In this document: positions 23,566-36,904 of the stretch, in pieces
How positions within the stretch are numbered: position 1 is the stretch's first letter
How the letters are laid out: each line of letters opens with the position of its first letter
Source of the DNA: Eledone cirrhosa
Taxonomy: Eukaryota
DNA: 64,000 nt
Direction: 5' to 3'
Assembly: GCA_964016885.1 (NCBI GenBank)
Contig: OZ024743.1
Location: 350,238,001-350,302,000, forward strand
The notes under the pieces: generated by a model
Databases searched by the model: none
What the model saw: only the letters and a program-made list of their open reading frames with translations
What the model was told of the DNA's origin: nothing
Translations under genes and position numbers: made by a program

Positions 23566-25527
23566 TTAATTGTAAGTTGTGATGTTGCTGTTCCACTCAT
23601 ATTTTCTATTTAATTTTGGTTGTAATTCTTTTATGTTTATTGCCTCTGTAATTTGTCTAAACATTGCGTCTTTTCTGTGTGTAGATTCTATTTTTATTTC
23701 TATGTTCTCTAATTTACCCTTATGTTCTATTTTAGCATGTTGATAGAGTACAGATGATTCTTTACTATTTTGAAGGTCTCGCCAGTGTTCATTTATCCGT
23801 TCCCCTACACTACGAGCTGTCTCACCTATGTACACTATATTTTTGTCTCTACATTGTCCTTCAGTACATCTTATGCTATACACTACATTTCTAGTTTTAC
23901 AGTTAATATGGGGGCTTATTTTACAGGTTATACATTTCTTATCTATACATGAGGGTCTTTGAAAAGGGTATGTCTTGCTAATGAGTGTTTTTACGGAGGT
24001 ACCTGGTCTTTCTACTATCTTAATATTGAGTTTATGTTTATTTAGGGCCCTTCTAAATTTGTAAGCTAATTCACCTCTAGGGGTTGTATCGATGAACATT
24101 ACACTCTGGTATTTATTGCTATCATACCATGAGTTTATTCTATTAGCCTTGTTCCTAGTTCTTTCTATTCTATTCCAAAATTTGCTCCTATACAAGGGGC
24201 AGGTCCCATTTATGTCATTATTTACCATTTTTTCCCATTTGGTTGTGGCTCCTCTATACACTCTGATTTTATCTCTCTGATTGTACCCAGAGAACTGCAT
24301 ACGGTGGATGAAGTGTTGTATGTGTCTCTCTAGTTCTTCGGGGATGCACATGCGGGACACGTTTCTCATCACCCGTACCAAATCCGCAATCAGTATGTTG
24401 ATTTTGGTATGGTCCGAAACGGCCGAGTTTCGGTGGATCAGATGTTTGGAAGTCATGGGTTTGGCATAATGGGAATGGAGGATTTGTTTTTTCTTATTAA
24501 TGGTATCTAACCAGAGCTCTGTGTCTAGTACAGGTAATCGATGGTTGGGGTGTTTACTTGGGTAGTCTATAGTAACTCTAATACTCTGGTGGATGGAGTT
24601 AGCTATTTGCTGGATGCTTTCGATTGTGTTTTTCTCTAGTTCCTGACTGTTCTCTAGTGGGGGTGTCTTAACTATGATGTTTATATCATCTACGTAGCGG
24701 GAGTACATTATCAGGGTTAAGGGGTCTTCTAATTGTTCCTTAAGTTTAAGTTTAAGTCTACTGTCCCACCATACCATGAATAAGTTAGCTATGTCGCCTG
24801 CAATGCTAACACCAATGGCTGCTCCTTCCTCTTGGGCATATGTTTTTCCATTAAATTTGAACATAGTTAGTTTTATGCTGGCCCCTACCGCATGTGCAAT
24901 CATTTTCTTCAGTTCATCAAGGTTTTCGGGTGTCCGTATGGCTCTGGTCCACCTGTTCCATCTATCTGTGTGGGTTTTCTTGGCCATTGAGGTAATGGTA
25001 GGTGGTCTGCCTCTTGCTGGTCTTGTAGGGCACAGGTTGCTAAGGTCATAAGTGTCTAGGTAATTATTACTATAGGTAAGTTTAAGTAGGAGTCCCAGCT
25101 CAATGGTATCAATCCCACGGAACTCAACATTGCTCTCACTGATCATTTCTACGCATTTCTCCACAGCAAAATCCACGTCAATAGATGGATACAGGGACAC
25201 AACATCCATACTACCTATTATGCAGTTTGTTAGGTCCCTAGATCGGTTACTCACGCCGATTCTGCTGAGGAGGTCCTCCGTGCTGTCACATACATCTGGG
25301 GACATTTCAATGATGGGGCGTATGATCAGGGAGAGGAAGTAGGACAGTTTGTAGTTACTAGCAATGTTAGCTCCACAGACTGGCCATGTTGGTGGTCCCG
25401 CGACAGGGTCACTGCCCGTTTTATGGTCTTTTCGAAGCCCATACAACGCTGGCACGTCATTGTTCCAGGCCTGGAAGTTGTTGGCAGTCCTTTTGTTGGG
25501 CTGCATTATATTCGTCCACATCACCAT
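23566..25527 (-). CDS. Penelope-like RT + GIY-YIG endonuclease (C-terminal part of a disrupted ORF; N-terminal part 25820-26630)
   Basis: GSMDVVSLYPSI, GAAIG, YSRYVDDI, LPVLD, Cys-rich linker, NVVYSIRC..YIGETARSVGERINEH, RQITEA..LNRKYEW. Confidence 0.9.
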   Translation of the reverse strand: MVMWTNIMQPNKRTANNFQAWNNDVPALYGLRKDHKTGSDPVAGPPTWPVCGANIASNYKLSYFLSLIIRPIIEMSPDVCDSTEDLLSRIGVSNRSRDLTNCIIGSMDVVSLYPSIDVDFAVEKCVEMISESNVEFRGIDTIELGLLLKLTYSNNYLDTYDLSNLCPTRPARGRPPTITSMAKKTHTDRWNRWTRAIRTPENLDELKKMIAHAVGASIKLTMFKFNGKTYAQEEGAAIGVSIAGDIANLFMVWWDSRLKLKLKEQLEDPLTLIMYSRYVDDINIIVKTPPLENSQELEKNTIESIQQIANSIHQSIRVTIDYPSKHPNHRLPVLDTELWLDTINKKKQILHSHYAKPMTSKHLIHRNSAVSDHTKINILIADLVRVMRNVSRMCIPEELERHIQHFIHRMQFSGYNQRDKIRVYRGATTKWEKMVNNDINGTCPLYRSKFWNRIERTRNKANRINSWYDSNKYQSVMFIDTTPRGELAYKFRRALNKHKLNIKIVERPGTSVKTLISKTYPFQRPSCIDKKCITCKISPHINCKTRNVVYSIRCTEGQCRDKNIVYIGETARSVGERINEHWRDLQNSKESSVLYQHAKIEHKGKLENIEIKIESTHRKDAMFRQITEAINIKELQPKLNRKYEWNSNITTYN

Positions 25528-26739
25528 ATGGGCATTGAGGGCTTTTTCTCTATCCTCATGCTCCTGTGGTGTTACCTCTCTTGTGTTAGTGATGTGGGTT
25601 GCATTGCCTGGATGTAGTTTGGCAGGCTGTCAACCGACATTCTGCCAGACTTGTCTGTTGGAAAGCATGCTATCTCTCCATTACGCGAGCGCTGCATGAG
25701 CTTACGCAAGCCATTTGCAGATTTTTCTCCCAGTTGCTGGACCTCCATTCTATTATGCTTCTTGCTATACTGTTCTATAATATTTCTAAGTTCGGATCTA
25801 GCTATACTAAATTGTGCTTCTATTGTTCATCGACCTGCGACGGCAATTGCGTGCGTTTGTTAAATGGTAAAGTCGTGGCGTGGACTCGTCGCAGGTCGAA
25901 CGATTTATCGGAGGGATTATAAAAAGTAGAGTTCCAGGCTGCTGCTTTATGTGTACTAGTGCTATTGTTATTGTTAGTTGTGTTGTTTCTATTTCTATTT
26001 CCACCAACAGCCTCATGGTTGTTTTTATGTCTCTCATAATTACTCCTGTCTCTTTCCACTGGCTCATTTTTGTTATCTACCCTATTGTGTGTGTCTGTGT
26101 GTTCGTCTTGGTTATTTTCTTTGTCCTTAGTCTCCCTTCTCCTTTTAATCCTATTACTTTCCCTTATTTCTGTGATTTCTGTGCTACTGTCATTACTTGT
26201 TTTCTGTGTCTGTGTGTTTGTTAAGATTGCGGTGGTGGTGAGAGGCATTGAATGTGTGTGTGTTGTTGTTGTTGATGTGTGCTGTTGTTGATGTGTGTTG
26301 TTGTTGTCTCCGTGTGTGTTATTATTGTTGTGTGTGTTGTTATTGTTGTTTGTGTCTGCGTGTCTGTTGTTGTTGTTGTTTCTGGGTATGTTATTATTGT
26401 TGTTGTTGTTGGTGTGTGTGTTTTTGTTATTGTTGTTTGTGTCTGTGTGTCTGTTGTTGTTGGGATGTGTGTTGTATATGTGTGTGCGTATATTGTTGCT
26501 TTTGTTTTTGTTTTTGAGGCTCCAGCGTAGTTTTGTAAATGATTTTTCTATTTCTGACAGACAACTAATCATATTTACCTTCTTGAATGTCGCAAATTTC
26601 GGGGGTAGACATAATACAGATAACTCATCGTCACCCGGATGTGGCGCATGCGCAGACTGAGCACACAACACACACACAGAAACAAAATGGCGTAGGACAG
26701 AACAAAGGAAAGGCACAGAAACAAAGAAAGGAATCCCCA

Positions 26740-26782
26740 GTCACTGAAGAGGTCACAGAGTGTGTGACGAAAGAACTATGAC
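26740..26782 (+). ncRNA. Minimal hammerhead in inverted Penelope pLTR
   Basis: Same motif as 23322-23364. Confidence 0.8.
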
Positions 26783-26927
26783 AATATATAAACAACTATC
26801 TGGTTGTGGAACCAACCAACCAACCAACCAGAAATGTATAAATTTATTATAAATTTATTACAATAAATTGAAGTGAAAGCAGCTGGTGCGTGTGTTTCTT
26901 ATTGGCAACATGACCCTCCCAAAGTAT

Positions 26928-26968
<41 letters not shown>

Positions 26969-27224
26969 CATAGACTCACATACACACACTCACACAACCA
27001 TATAACTAACAACATACGCGTCCACAGACGCTTGCCTACATGCTCGCGTACATCACCTCTCACACGCAGACACGCGCACACTCACACACATGCACACGCA
27101 TACATGGACACACACATGCGTACGCGTATATCTGCTCATATACACAAACACGTGCAGATATATACAGAGACACGCACACGCACATACACACACGTGTCCG
27201 TACATAGAGGCTCAAAGACAGACT

Positions 27225-27339
<115 letters not shown>

Positions 27340-27383
27340 TAAAATATAAGTATTAATAAAATAGATGTTCTTTTGATCAATTA

Positions 27384-27438
27384 CATTTTATTATACATAT
27401 TTCGGATGTACAACAGTATGTCCTCATCAGACAAAATA
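27384..27438 (-). ncRNA. Type I hammerhead ribozyme motif
   Basis: TATTTTGT-CTGATGA-GGAcaTAC tgtt GTAcaTCC-GAA-ATATGTAT-A^ATAAAATG. Confidence 0.8.
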
Positions 27439-28577
27439 TAATGATACATGACATACCCTGAGATGTTAAATGGTTAAGATTTAATCAAGGTAGTGATTAA
27501 TCCAAGAGAAAATGTTACTTATATCCTATCCATGAGAAAATGCGAAAACGTAATAAATTCATTAGAGAATGTGTGAGTATTAAAGAATGTTGCATATTGT
27601 AACTGTTCTAAAAGTTTTAAAGTGTATGATACTACGATATATCTAGGAAAAACGTCTCATGAATCATAACAGCCAGTGATAGCCACTCGAAAAGGATTTA
27701 TAAAGAGGGAAGAATAAAGTGTGTGTGTGTATGGGGGGGGGGATGATATATGCAGAAGGAGGTTTTTTCGGAAGTTAAACTGTTAAATTTGAAAATAGTG
27801 TATTTATAATATTAGGGTGAAGACTTCAGATTTCAGGATTATTTGCTGGTTATTTATATTATTTAACTGTGAATTTTTAATACATTTGTGATCTCTTTTA
27901 AATTTTAGTTTAATACCCAATCCATAATTTTTTATGAAACTTATCTATAACTCTAAATTTTTAATGAGTTTTTGATCTATTATTTATAGTATAATATAGC
28001 AAATATTTCTTTTAGATATATTTACTGCACTATAAAATCTAAAATTTGAGACGGATTCAAAGTTATATATAAATGTGAATTTTTAGCTGCGCTTTCGATC
28101 TCTTATTTATTTATAATATAATGTATTATAATATGTATGTAGCTATATATTATATTCTATATATTTTTAAATATTTTTAAATATACCTACTACATTTCTA
28201 TATACATGATTCAAATATAGAGAAAATATCCAAACTAAAAATTATTATAGACATTATTTTGAACTCTATATTATACATGCACTCATTGTTTGTTTTTCTT
28301 ATATGTAAATATATATATATTTAAATGTAACACGTTGATAAAATTATAACTGTTATCATTTACCTAAAGTATACTACACTAATAATACCTAATATATATC
28401 TATATATATACATCCCTATATCTAATAATATGTTGATATCTTGGTTGAAGAATAATTATTGCATTTACACCCAGATATACATAGGTATATATTTATCCTT
28501 AACATCCTTCAATATATTATCTTATTTTATTTTTATCTTCGTCGTTATTATTTACCTTAAACATACTGGCTCATTAA

Positions 28578-29862
28578 TATTCTTACATGAATATATATTA
28601 GGCTTCTACATAAACTGGAAACATTCTCCCAACTTGTAGAAAACTTATAATGAAACAATTGTTTGGAAAGAGAGATATACTTTAACTTTAATTATATCTC
28701 ATAAAATAATACAACTGGTTTTTCCACATTATACATATTGTTAGCACCCCAAACACTTAAATTAGGTTTATATTTAAATATAACCTAATGTTTGTTGAGT
28801 GAGATGGTTACCAGTCAGAGTTTAGCTTTAAACTATCTCTGTTATTGTATTAAATATTTACTCTTGATTGGCCAGAGGTGTTTATTTCCAGGTACCTTAT
28901 GAATTTGACTTTCCGTATTTATTACTGTTGTGAAATATTGTGGCTTTTTTTGGTTGTAACTTCTCTGTTTTTTAGCCTAAGAAGATATATATATATATGC
29001 CTACGTATATAATTACATGCATATATTTATTTTCTTTTATTAATTGAGTTCTTTACACGAGGAATTATTATTGGTTTTGAAATAACTAATTAACCCGCGT
29101 GTGTTTTATATTTTACTCTTAATTCGGCCGGAGAATTACATTCCCATTTGCCCTTTATAGCATAACTTTCTGCATTTACTGCGGTTATGAGAAGCGGTTC
29201 TTATTCGGGTACAACTTCTGATTTAGCCTATGAAAATATCTATATGCGTGTGTAATTTATACAAGCATATATTTATTTTTTTAATTTTCAATTGAGTTCT
29301 TAAACACGTTGGATTGATAATGTTTTCAAAAAAACTAATTAACCCGCGTGTATATTATATTATTTTGTTCCTCATTTCGTGGATCGTGGGTTGTCTCCCC
29401 TTCCCGCTTCGTGTCGCTATGATACTTCCTCAGTCAAAAACTGCTGGAATTTCAAATTTTGCGGTCATTCGAGGCGAGAGAAAGCAACTTTACGGACACG
29501 ATTTTTGACAGCGGTAAGAAATTATTTTCTTATATCAAATTTTAACGGGCTTCCACTGATGATTTATAAGTGCCCACCTAAATATATTCTTACATGAATA
29601 TATATTAGGCTTCTACATAAACTGGAAACATTCTCCCAACTTGTAGAAAACTTATAATGAAACAATTGTTTGGAAAGAGAGATATACTTTAACTTTAATT
29701 ATATCTCATAAAATAATACAACTGGTTTTTCCACATTATACATATTGTTAGCACCCCAAACACTTAAATTGGGTTTATATTTAAATATAACCCAATGTTT
29801 GTTGAGTGAGATGGTTACCAGTCAGAGTTTAGCTTTAAACTATCTCTGTTATTGTATTAAAT
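28578..29862 (+). mobile_element. Non-coding partial-tandem element with 1007-bp period (retrozyme/non-autonomous PLE-like)
   Basis: 28578-28857 is repeated at 29585-29862; the repeat spans an HHR; ends in (TA)n; no ORF. Confidence 0.7.
29551..29675 (+). ncRNA. Hammerhead ribozyme motif with 96-nt stem II domain
   Basis: TTCCA-CTGATGA-tTTATAAGT...ACTTATAAt-GAA-ACAATTGT-T^TGGAA. Confidence 0.75.
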
Positions 29863-29878
29863 ATATATATATATATTT

Positions 29879-29926
<48 letters not shown>

Positions 29927-29941
29927 ATATTTATTTATATA

Positions 29942-30005
<64 letters not shown>

Positions 30006-30940
30006 AATGAGTAGGACCCCGACGACTGAGCTCAAGCCGTTTCGACGGCTAATTCTGGACTAAATGAAAATGTTTATCCTGGTATATGAATAGCCGAGCT
30101 TCTCAGGGGGTAATTCCATATATGGTAAAAGTGATTGTCACAAGGATTGGTCAAAAGTTTGTTGTTGAGACACATAATTCTATCATGGCAATTTGTGGAA
30201 GGAAGGGGTAGCTGAACCTGTCAGTAGAAGAAAGAGGGAGAGGGGGTGGAGGAAACCTAGTCGTGCGTTGATAGTGCCAACTACAGCAGGGCAGGAGGTC
30301 AAGGAAGTATACTAGGGAGGGGGAGGAAGTCGAAACAATAAGTAAAACAATATGGGGTAAATATATAGAAAAATACCGAGAATGTTAAAAAAACAATTAA
30401 ATATAAAAAAACAATTTCTGGTTACTATAACCTAAGGACAGCTATCAGGTCTCTCACTGGTACTGCTAGACTAAAGAAAGGTTTACTAGGTGGGACGGAA
30501 TTATAATGAGACCCTTTTAAGAGGTATTAGTAATCAACCGAATATATCTTACGGCGACGGGTCAACAAGTGGGGGGCCAAAATACTAAAGAAACTACCAC
30601 GAAATAATAATTCAGAGTCCCGAGACTAATACGAAATAATGGTTTCTACCATAGGCACAAGGCCAGCAGCCACCCAGTGCAAAAAAAACAAACTAATACG
30701 AAATAATAATTCAGAATCCCGAAAAAGAATACTAATACTATCTCTAAGGGTGCCGCTACGATACAAAAATTCTAGTGCAAACTACATAAATGCTCGTACA
30801 AAGTATATGAAAAATTTGATACGGAAAATTAATTCAGAATTCCCCCCCCCCCCCCCAAATATACGAGAAATTAAAGCAAAGATACCACTAAGAAATGTAG
30901 AAAGCACGGAAAAGAGGCAGCCATCGGATAAGAAGGCAAG

Positions 30941-30979
<39 letters not shown>

Positions 30980-32267
30980 ATATCATTATACAATACAGTC
31001 TATGTAAGCTTTAAACACCAGATTCGACAATGAATTATTTATGCAAATGTATATTTATGTATGGAGTGATAACATTGGATATATATAAGATTAATTTATT
31101 AACATAAGAGATCTGTATAACCTATATGTTGAGTGCAATGAATTATGTATGAATGGTAAGTGAGTTATATATGCAAGTACAACTTGATGGATAGATTAAT
31201 GACATTGTAAATGAGGGATGTTTTTGTCTGTCATGGAGATGTATTTGGCTTTTCCATGCAGACAGCCATACGCTGCTCCAGAACTTACCAGAGGTTATGT
31301 AGACATAGTACTAATAGGTCCCTTGACATGTTCTGTGAGTAGACTACATTTGCAAAGAACTTTGATATAAAGATGTGGCTCTTTGTATGGAATATTCAGT
31401 TGTAGCACTCTTTGACAGGGAGTAATCATCCTAATATAAATACCTTTAGTACATCATGATAGAGTAGACTGTGTTTGAAATTGGAAACTGAATATAAATA
31501 TATAACCGTCTATATAAGGGACCCAATTGAGACACCTTATAATGTATGTTAGAACAATAATTTAGTTATGGAAATCAGCTAGTTACCTCCCCTTACGCAT
31601 TAATCCCCCTTAATTACACACATACTTCCGGATAATAAACCGATGTAAATTCTCGCAGCAGAAACACCCTACTCTATAAATTGGATTAAAGAACACTGAG
31701 CCGCAATAAGCTAAAATAATTTAATTTAATGCATCAAACATCCAATACAGAATCATCGTTAATTATGTGATGGATGTATAAACTATATGTTACATTTCCT
31801 GAATGTCAAAATGGTGGTGGATACCAAAACCATAACTCTCTTTTACTTCTCATTTCTATTTCTATTTTTCTGTACACATACTTTTTTATTATATACATAA
31901 AATACTTTACCACTACAACCTCCATAATACTCTTACTTACCCACGTTAAGTGCTTGTATTATATGTAACACCCTGCCACACAATAATCATATATAAATGA
32001 GACACACGTAACTAACACATACAATAACTACTACATCTGACTAACAAACTAGCCTCTTGCATTATCTATGTTAACTGCCGAATGTATTTTAACTTTGTTT
32101 TAATTTTGTTTTAATTTTGATATTGATTTTGACTTTGAATTTGAATTGCTATACGGAAATAATATAATATAATATATGTCACTCCACTGTACATCAATAT
32201 ATACATATGTATCTGTATGACTCTTGCGTCGGAAAGGAGGTCAATCATATGTACAAACATTGAAAAA

Positions 32268-32314
32268 TGCTCCGAAGACTCAAAGCCTAGGTTTGGATGA
32301 AACAATTGTAAGTG
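32268..32314 (+). ncRNA. Hammerhead-like motif with CCGAAGA core
   Basis: TGCT-CCGAAGA-ctcAAAGCC ta GGTTTggat-GAA-ACAATTGT-A^AGTG. Confidence 0.5.
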
Positions 32315-32351
32315 AATAAATGCTTTGAACATAGTTTTGATTCTTGTGAAT

Positions 32352-33295
<944 letters not shown>

Positions 33296-33469
33296 GCGTC
33301 CCTTCACGCACATGGCGCCAAGGTACGCATGTATTGTCCAACCAAGGGCCAATGTGGTTCAATGGCGGGTTAATAAATTAACGAGCCAGAACAAATATAA
33401 ACAAGGTTTAGTAAATAATGAAAAAGTTTCAAAATAAATTTTAAAAAATTTACTTTACCTACTATAGTT

Positions 33470-33553
33470 ACCTTTACCGATCGGTTTCGAATCCCAAAAA
33501 TAAAACGGAGACCATACGGCCTTCGTTGCAAAGAAAGATTCTCGTCAGAAGGT
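33470..33553 (-). ncRNA. Hammerhead ribozyme motif with 53-nt stem II domain
   Basis: ACCTT-CTGACGA-GAATC...GATTC-GAA-ACCGATCGGT-A^AAGGT. Confidence 0.85.
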
Positions 33554-33949
33554 TCTTTTCATTCAAAGAATATAAAATTCCTGAATTTAAATCACAAACT
33601 AGCGCTATCAAAAACTGTTCCTGGGATGAGAGTGGATGATGTAGAACAGGTTTATCAAAGGCCGTAGCAAAGATAGAGGCAAAAGGAGGTAGGTCAAACT
33701 AGCCACCGCTATTGCTATCAGCAGTCGGAATGACCCGGTTTGTTCTCAACGTTAGTGGAGGTAGTAATATGAAATACGTCCCTTCACGCACATGGCGCCA
33801 AGGTACGCATGTATTGTCCAACCAAGGGCCAATGTGGTTCAATGGCGGGTTAATAAATTAACGAGCCAGAACAAATATAAACAAGGTTTAGTAAATAATG
33901 AAAAAGTTTCAAAATAAATTTTAAAAAATTGACTTTACCTACTATAGTT

Positions 33950-34033
33950 ACCTTTACCGATCGGTTTCTAATTCCAAAAATAAAACGGAGACCATACGGC
34001 CTTCGTTGCAAAGAAAGATTCTCGTCAGAAGGT
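33950..34033 (-). ncRNA. Hammerhead copy with damaged stem II base
   Basis: As 33470-33553 but GGGATTC>GGAATTA before GAAA. Confidence 0.65.
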
Positions 34034-34339
34034 TCTTTTCATTCAAAGAATATAAAATTCCTGAATTTAAATCACAAACTAGCGCTATCAAGAACTGTTC
34101 CTGTGATGAGAGTGGATGATGTAGAACAGGTTTATCACTAACGTTGAGAACAAACCGGGTCATTCCGACTGCTGCTAGCAATAGCGGTGGCTAGTTTGAC
34201 CTACCTCCTTTTGCCTCTATCTTTGCTACGGCCCTTGATAAACCTGTTCTACATCATCCACTCTCATCCCAGGAACAGTTTTTGATAGCGCTAGTCTGTG
34301 ATTTAAATTCAGGAATTTTATATTCTTTGAATGAAAAGA

Positions 34340-34423
34340 ACCTTCTGACGAGAATCTTTCTTTGTAACGAAGGCCGTATGGTCTCCGTTTTATTTTTGGG
34401 ATTCGAAACCGATCGGTAAAGGT
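34340..34423 (+). ncRNA. Hammerhead ribozyme motif (inverted copy)
   Basis: ACCTT-CTGACGA-GAATC...GATTC-GAA-ACCGATCGGT-A^AAGGT. Confidence 0.85.
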
Positions 34424-34543
34424 AACTATAGTAGGTAAAGTCAATTTTTTAAAATTTATTTTGAAACTTTTTATTATTTACTAAACCTTGTTTATATATA
34501 TATATATATATATAAATATATATATAAATATATATATATAAAT

Positions 34544-34618
<75 letters not shown>

Positions 34619-35342
34619 TATATGTATATATATATACATGCACAGATATTAACATTATAATCATATACATATTTATATGTGTGTATGTTTAGTACAAGAT
34701 TCATCTTTTAATGTATGACCTTATACGTATATTTTAGTATATTGTAGGTTTTTTTTATAGATGTGTATGTATGTTTGTTTATGTACACATATATATATGT
34801 GTGTGTGTATGTGTGTGTGTGTATATATATATATGTGTGTGTATGTATGTATATATATATATATATATGACTGTGTATATATGTATATGTATATGTATAT
34901 ATATATATATATGTGTATGTGTGTGTATGTATGTACATATATATATATATATATACATTTATTAATTTAATTTACTTATTTTTATTTACTTATTTATATG
35001 TGAGTATGTATACATGCATGTATGTGTATGGATGTATGTATTTAGTTAAACTGTTTATATCTGTGCATGCGTGTAACAAGATGCATCCATTATGGATGAC
35101 CCTATACGACCCACTGTGCAGTTTTATATGACTGTGAGTATATCATATTTGAGTACGGTCAGAGATATATGTGTGCGTGTATGTATCTTTGTAGATATAC
35201 GTGGGCACGGAGGTAATTGGGCGCGTATTTGTTTGAATGTATATGAGCCAGTGTGTGTGTGTGTGCGTACGTGCACCTACTGTGGAGTAAGGGCTTGTTT
35301 GTGTGTACATTTATGTGTGTGTACATATACATATATATATAA

Positions 35343-35493
35343 TTGTTTCTACTTTTGACACAAGGCCAGCAATTATCCAATGCATTACTGGTACTTTATT
35401 TTATCGACCCCGGAAGGAAGAAAGGCAAAGTTAACCTCGGTGGGATTTGAACTCAGATCATACAGGGAGGTAACTCTATGCTTCAAAGCATGA
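35343..35493 (-). mobile_element. tRNA-derived SINE (family A), truncated
   Basis: Family A body and tail. Confidence 0.8.
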
Positions 35494-35507
35494 CATATAT
35501 ATATAAT

Positions 35508-36116
35508 GTCAGGTCACCAGTTGGTGCTACTGGTAACATGTATCCCAGTACAACCTGTCCCATGGTCGAGTCGTTGGCGACTAAACTGGCAACCCCACCA
35601 AGGTTTCTTGGTGAGGAGGGTGACTTTGGACATCCTGCAGGACTAAAAACAAAACCTGCCAAAGGGCAAAGGAGCTCTTAAGAGTCAATGGCCATCCAAA
35701 ATCACCGGCAGAGATGACCCCTTAGCCCATGTCAAGGCAGAATTCTAGAAGAAGGAAAACTCTGATATAACAGCTGCAACCCTGATGGTATCAAATGATG
35801 TTGACTTGTTCTTCTTTTTGGTAAATGTCATCTTGGTTAAGAGAGTGGGACTGGCTTTGTGCAGTGCCTTTGCTCACTATAAAAGCTTCACGGCACAGGA
35901 ATTGCTTTATATCTGGAGATCTCTCTGCACTTGTCGTCTCATGGTACCATGCGCCCAGCACTATGTGTCAATAATTGTCACAGGTGTAGTGTTTGTACCA
36001 GAGTTTTCAAGTCGCTGGCTGGACTAAAAAGTCACACTCGTTCAGCGCATTGGTAGGGGTTCTCCTACATGGATATAAAGTAGTGGCCGTACTCGAAAAC
36101 GAGTTGGCAGCTACCA
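35508..36116 (+). mobile_element. RTE-derived non-autonomous element
   Basis: RTE-type motif tctagaagaaggaaaactctgatataa; near-identical partial inverted copy at 61859-62245. Confidence 0.65.
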
Positions 36117-36129
36117 TATATATATATAA

Positions 36130-36395
36130 ATATATATATATGTGTGTGTGATTGGGAGCGAGTCTGTCTCTGTGCCTCTATATACGGAAACGTGTGTTTA
36201 TGTGCGTGTGCGTGTCTATGTATATGTCTGTAAGTGTGTGTGTATATGAGCAGATATACGCGTACGCATGTGTGTGTCCATGTATGCGTGTGTTTGGGTG
36301 GGCGCGCGGTGTGTGTGTGCGTGTAAGAGCTGATGTACGCGAGCATGTAAGCAGGCGTCTGTGGACGCGTATGTTGTTAGTTATATGAGTCTGTG

Positions 36396-36456
<61 letters not shown>

Positions 36457-36870
36457 ATGTATGTGGGTATGTATGTATATTTGTGTGTATGTGTATATGT
36501 GTATGTGTGTGCGTATATGTGTATATGTGCGTGCGAGCGGACTTGTGAAATACCAAACCCACCATGAATTTATTGAAGTGTGTCAGCCAGAGAGTAGCTC
36601 ATGAACAGCATGACTGCAACTATTGGCCAGAATTTATGATGACGTTGAAAAACAATAGCCAACAGCAGGACAAGCGAGGAAGATGTCTTTTGACGCTAAC
36701 ACCCAAGTGAGAAATTTTGATCCTGAATTATTGTCAGTGTCCGAAGAACCGGCAGTTTCCAGAATCAGACAGATCAATACAATGATTGTGCCTCGAGCTG
36801 TCTGCCGGCGAAACATTTGTAACACACAATAAATTGAGTCCAGATGCATCACTGATTTTTCGTTTTATAT
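36130..36870 (+). mobile_element. Non-coding HHR-variant element, copy 2 (intact)
   Basis: Homologous to 22455-22878 + 26960-27250; flanked by (TA)n. Confidence 0.75.
36737..36825 (+). ncRNA. Hammerhead-like motif with CCGAAGA core and 62-nt stem II domain
   Basis: GTGT-CCGAAGA-aCCGGCAG...CTGCCGGc-GAA-ACATTTGT-A^ACAC. Confidence 0.6.

Positions 36871-36904
<34 letters not shown>

Larger units (their letters stand above)
23116..26935 (-). mobile_element. Penelope-like element 1 (5'-truncated, inverted 5' pLTR at 26632-26935, 3' pLTR plus tail), in (TA)n
   Basis: RT + GIY-YIG ORF; 26632-26935 is the reverse complement of about 23175-23470; both ends abut (TA)n. Confidence 0.93.

Noticed and set aside
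23566-25527. Selenocysteine recoding as reported for some Naiad PLEs
   Set aside because: No in-frame TGA at Cys positions in this ORF and no SECIS recognised.
29362-29440. Possible antisense HHR (CTGAGGA...GAAA) in the 1007-nt unit
   Set aside because: Stem II is poor and there is no stem III or NUH.
33929-34444. Duplicated 70-72 aa ORFs (MTLPTIVTFTDRF...)
   Set aside because: Non-ATG starts, antisense to the HHR, no recognisable domain; duplicated only because the unit is repeated.
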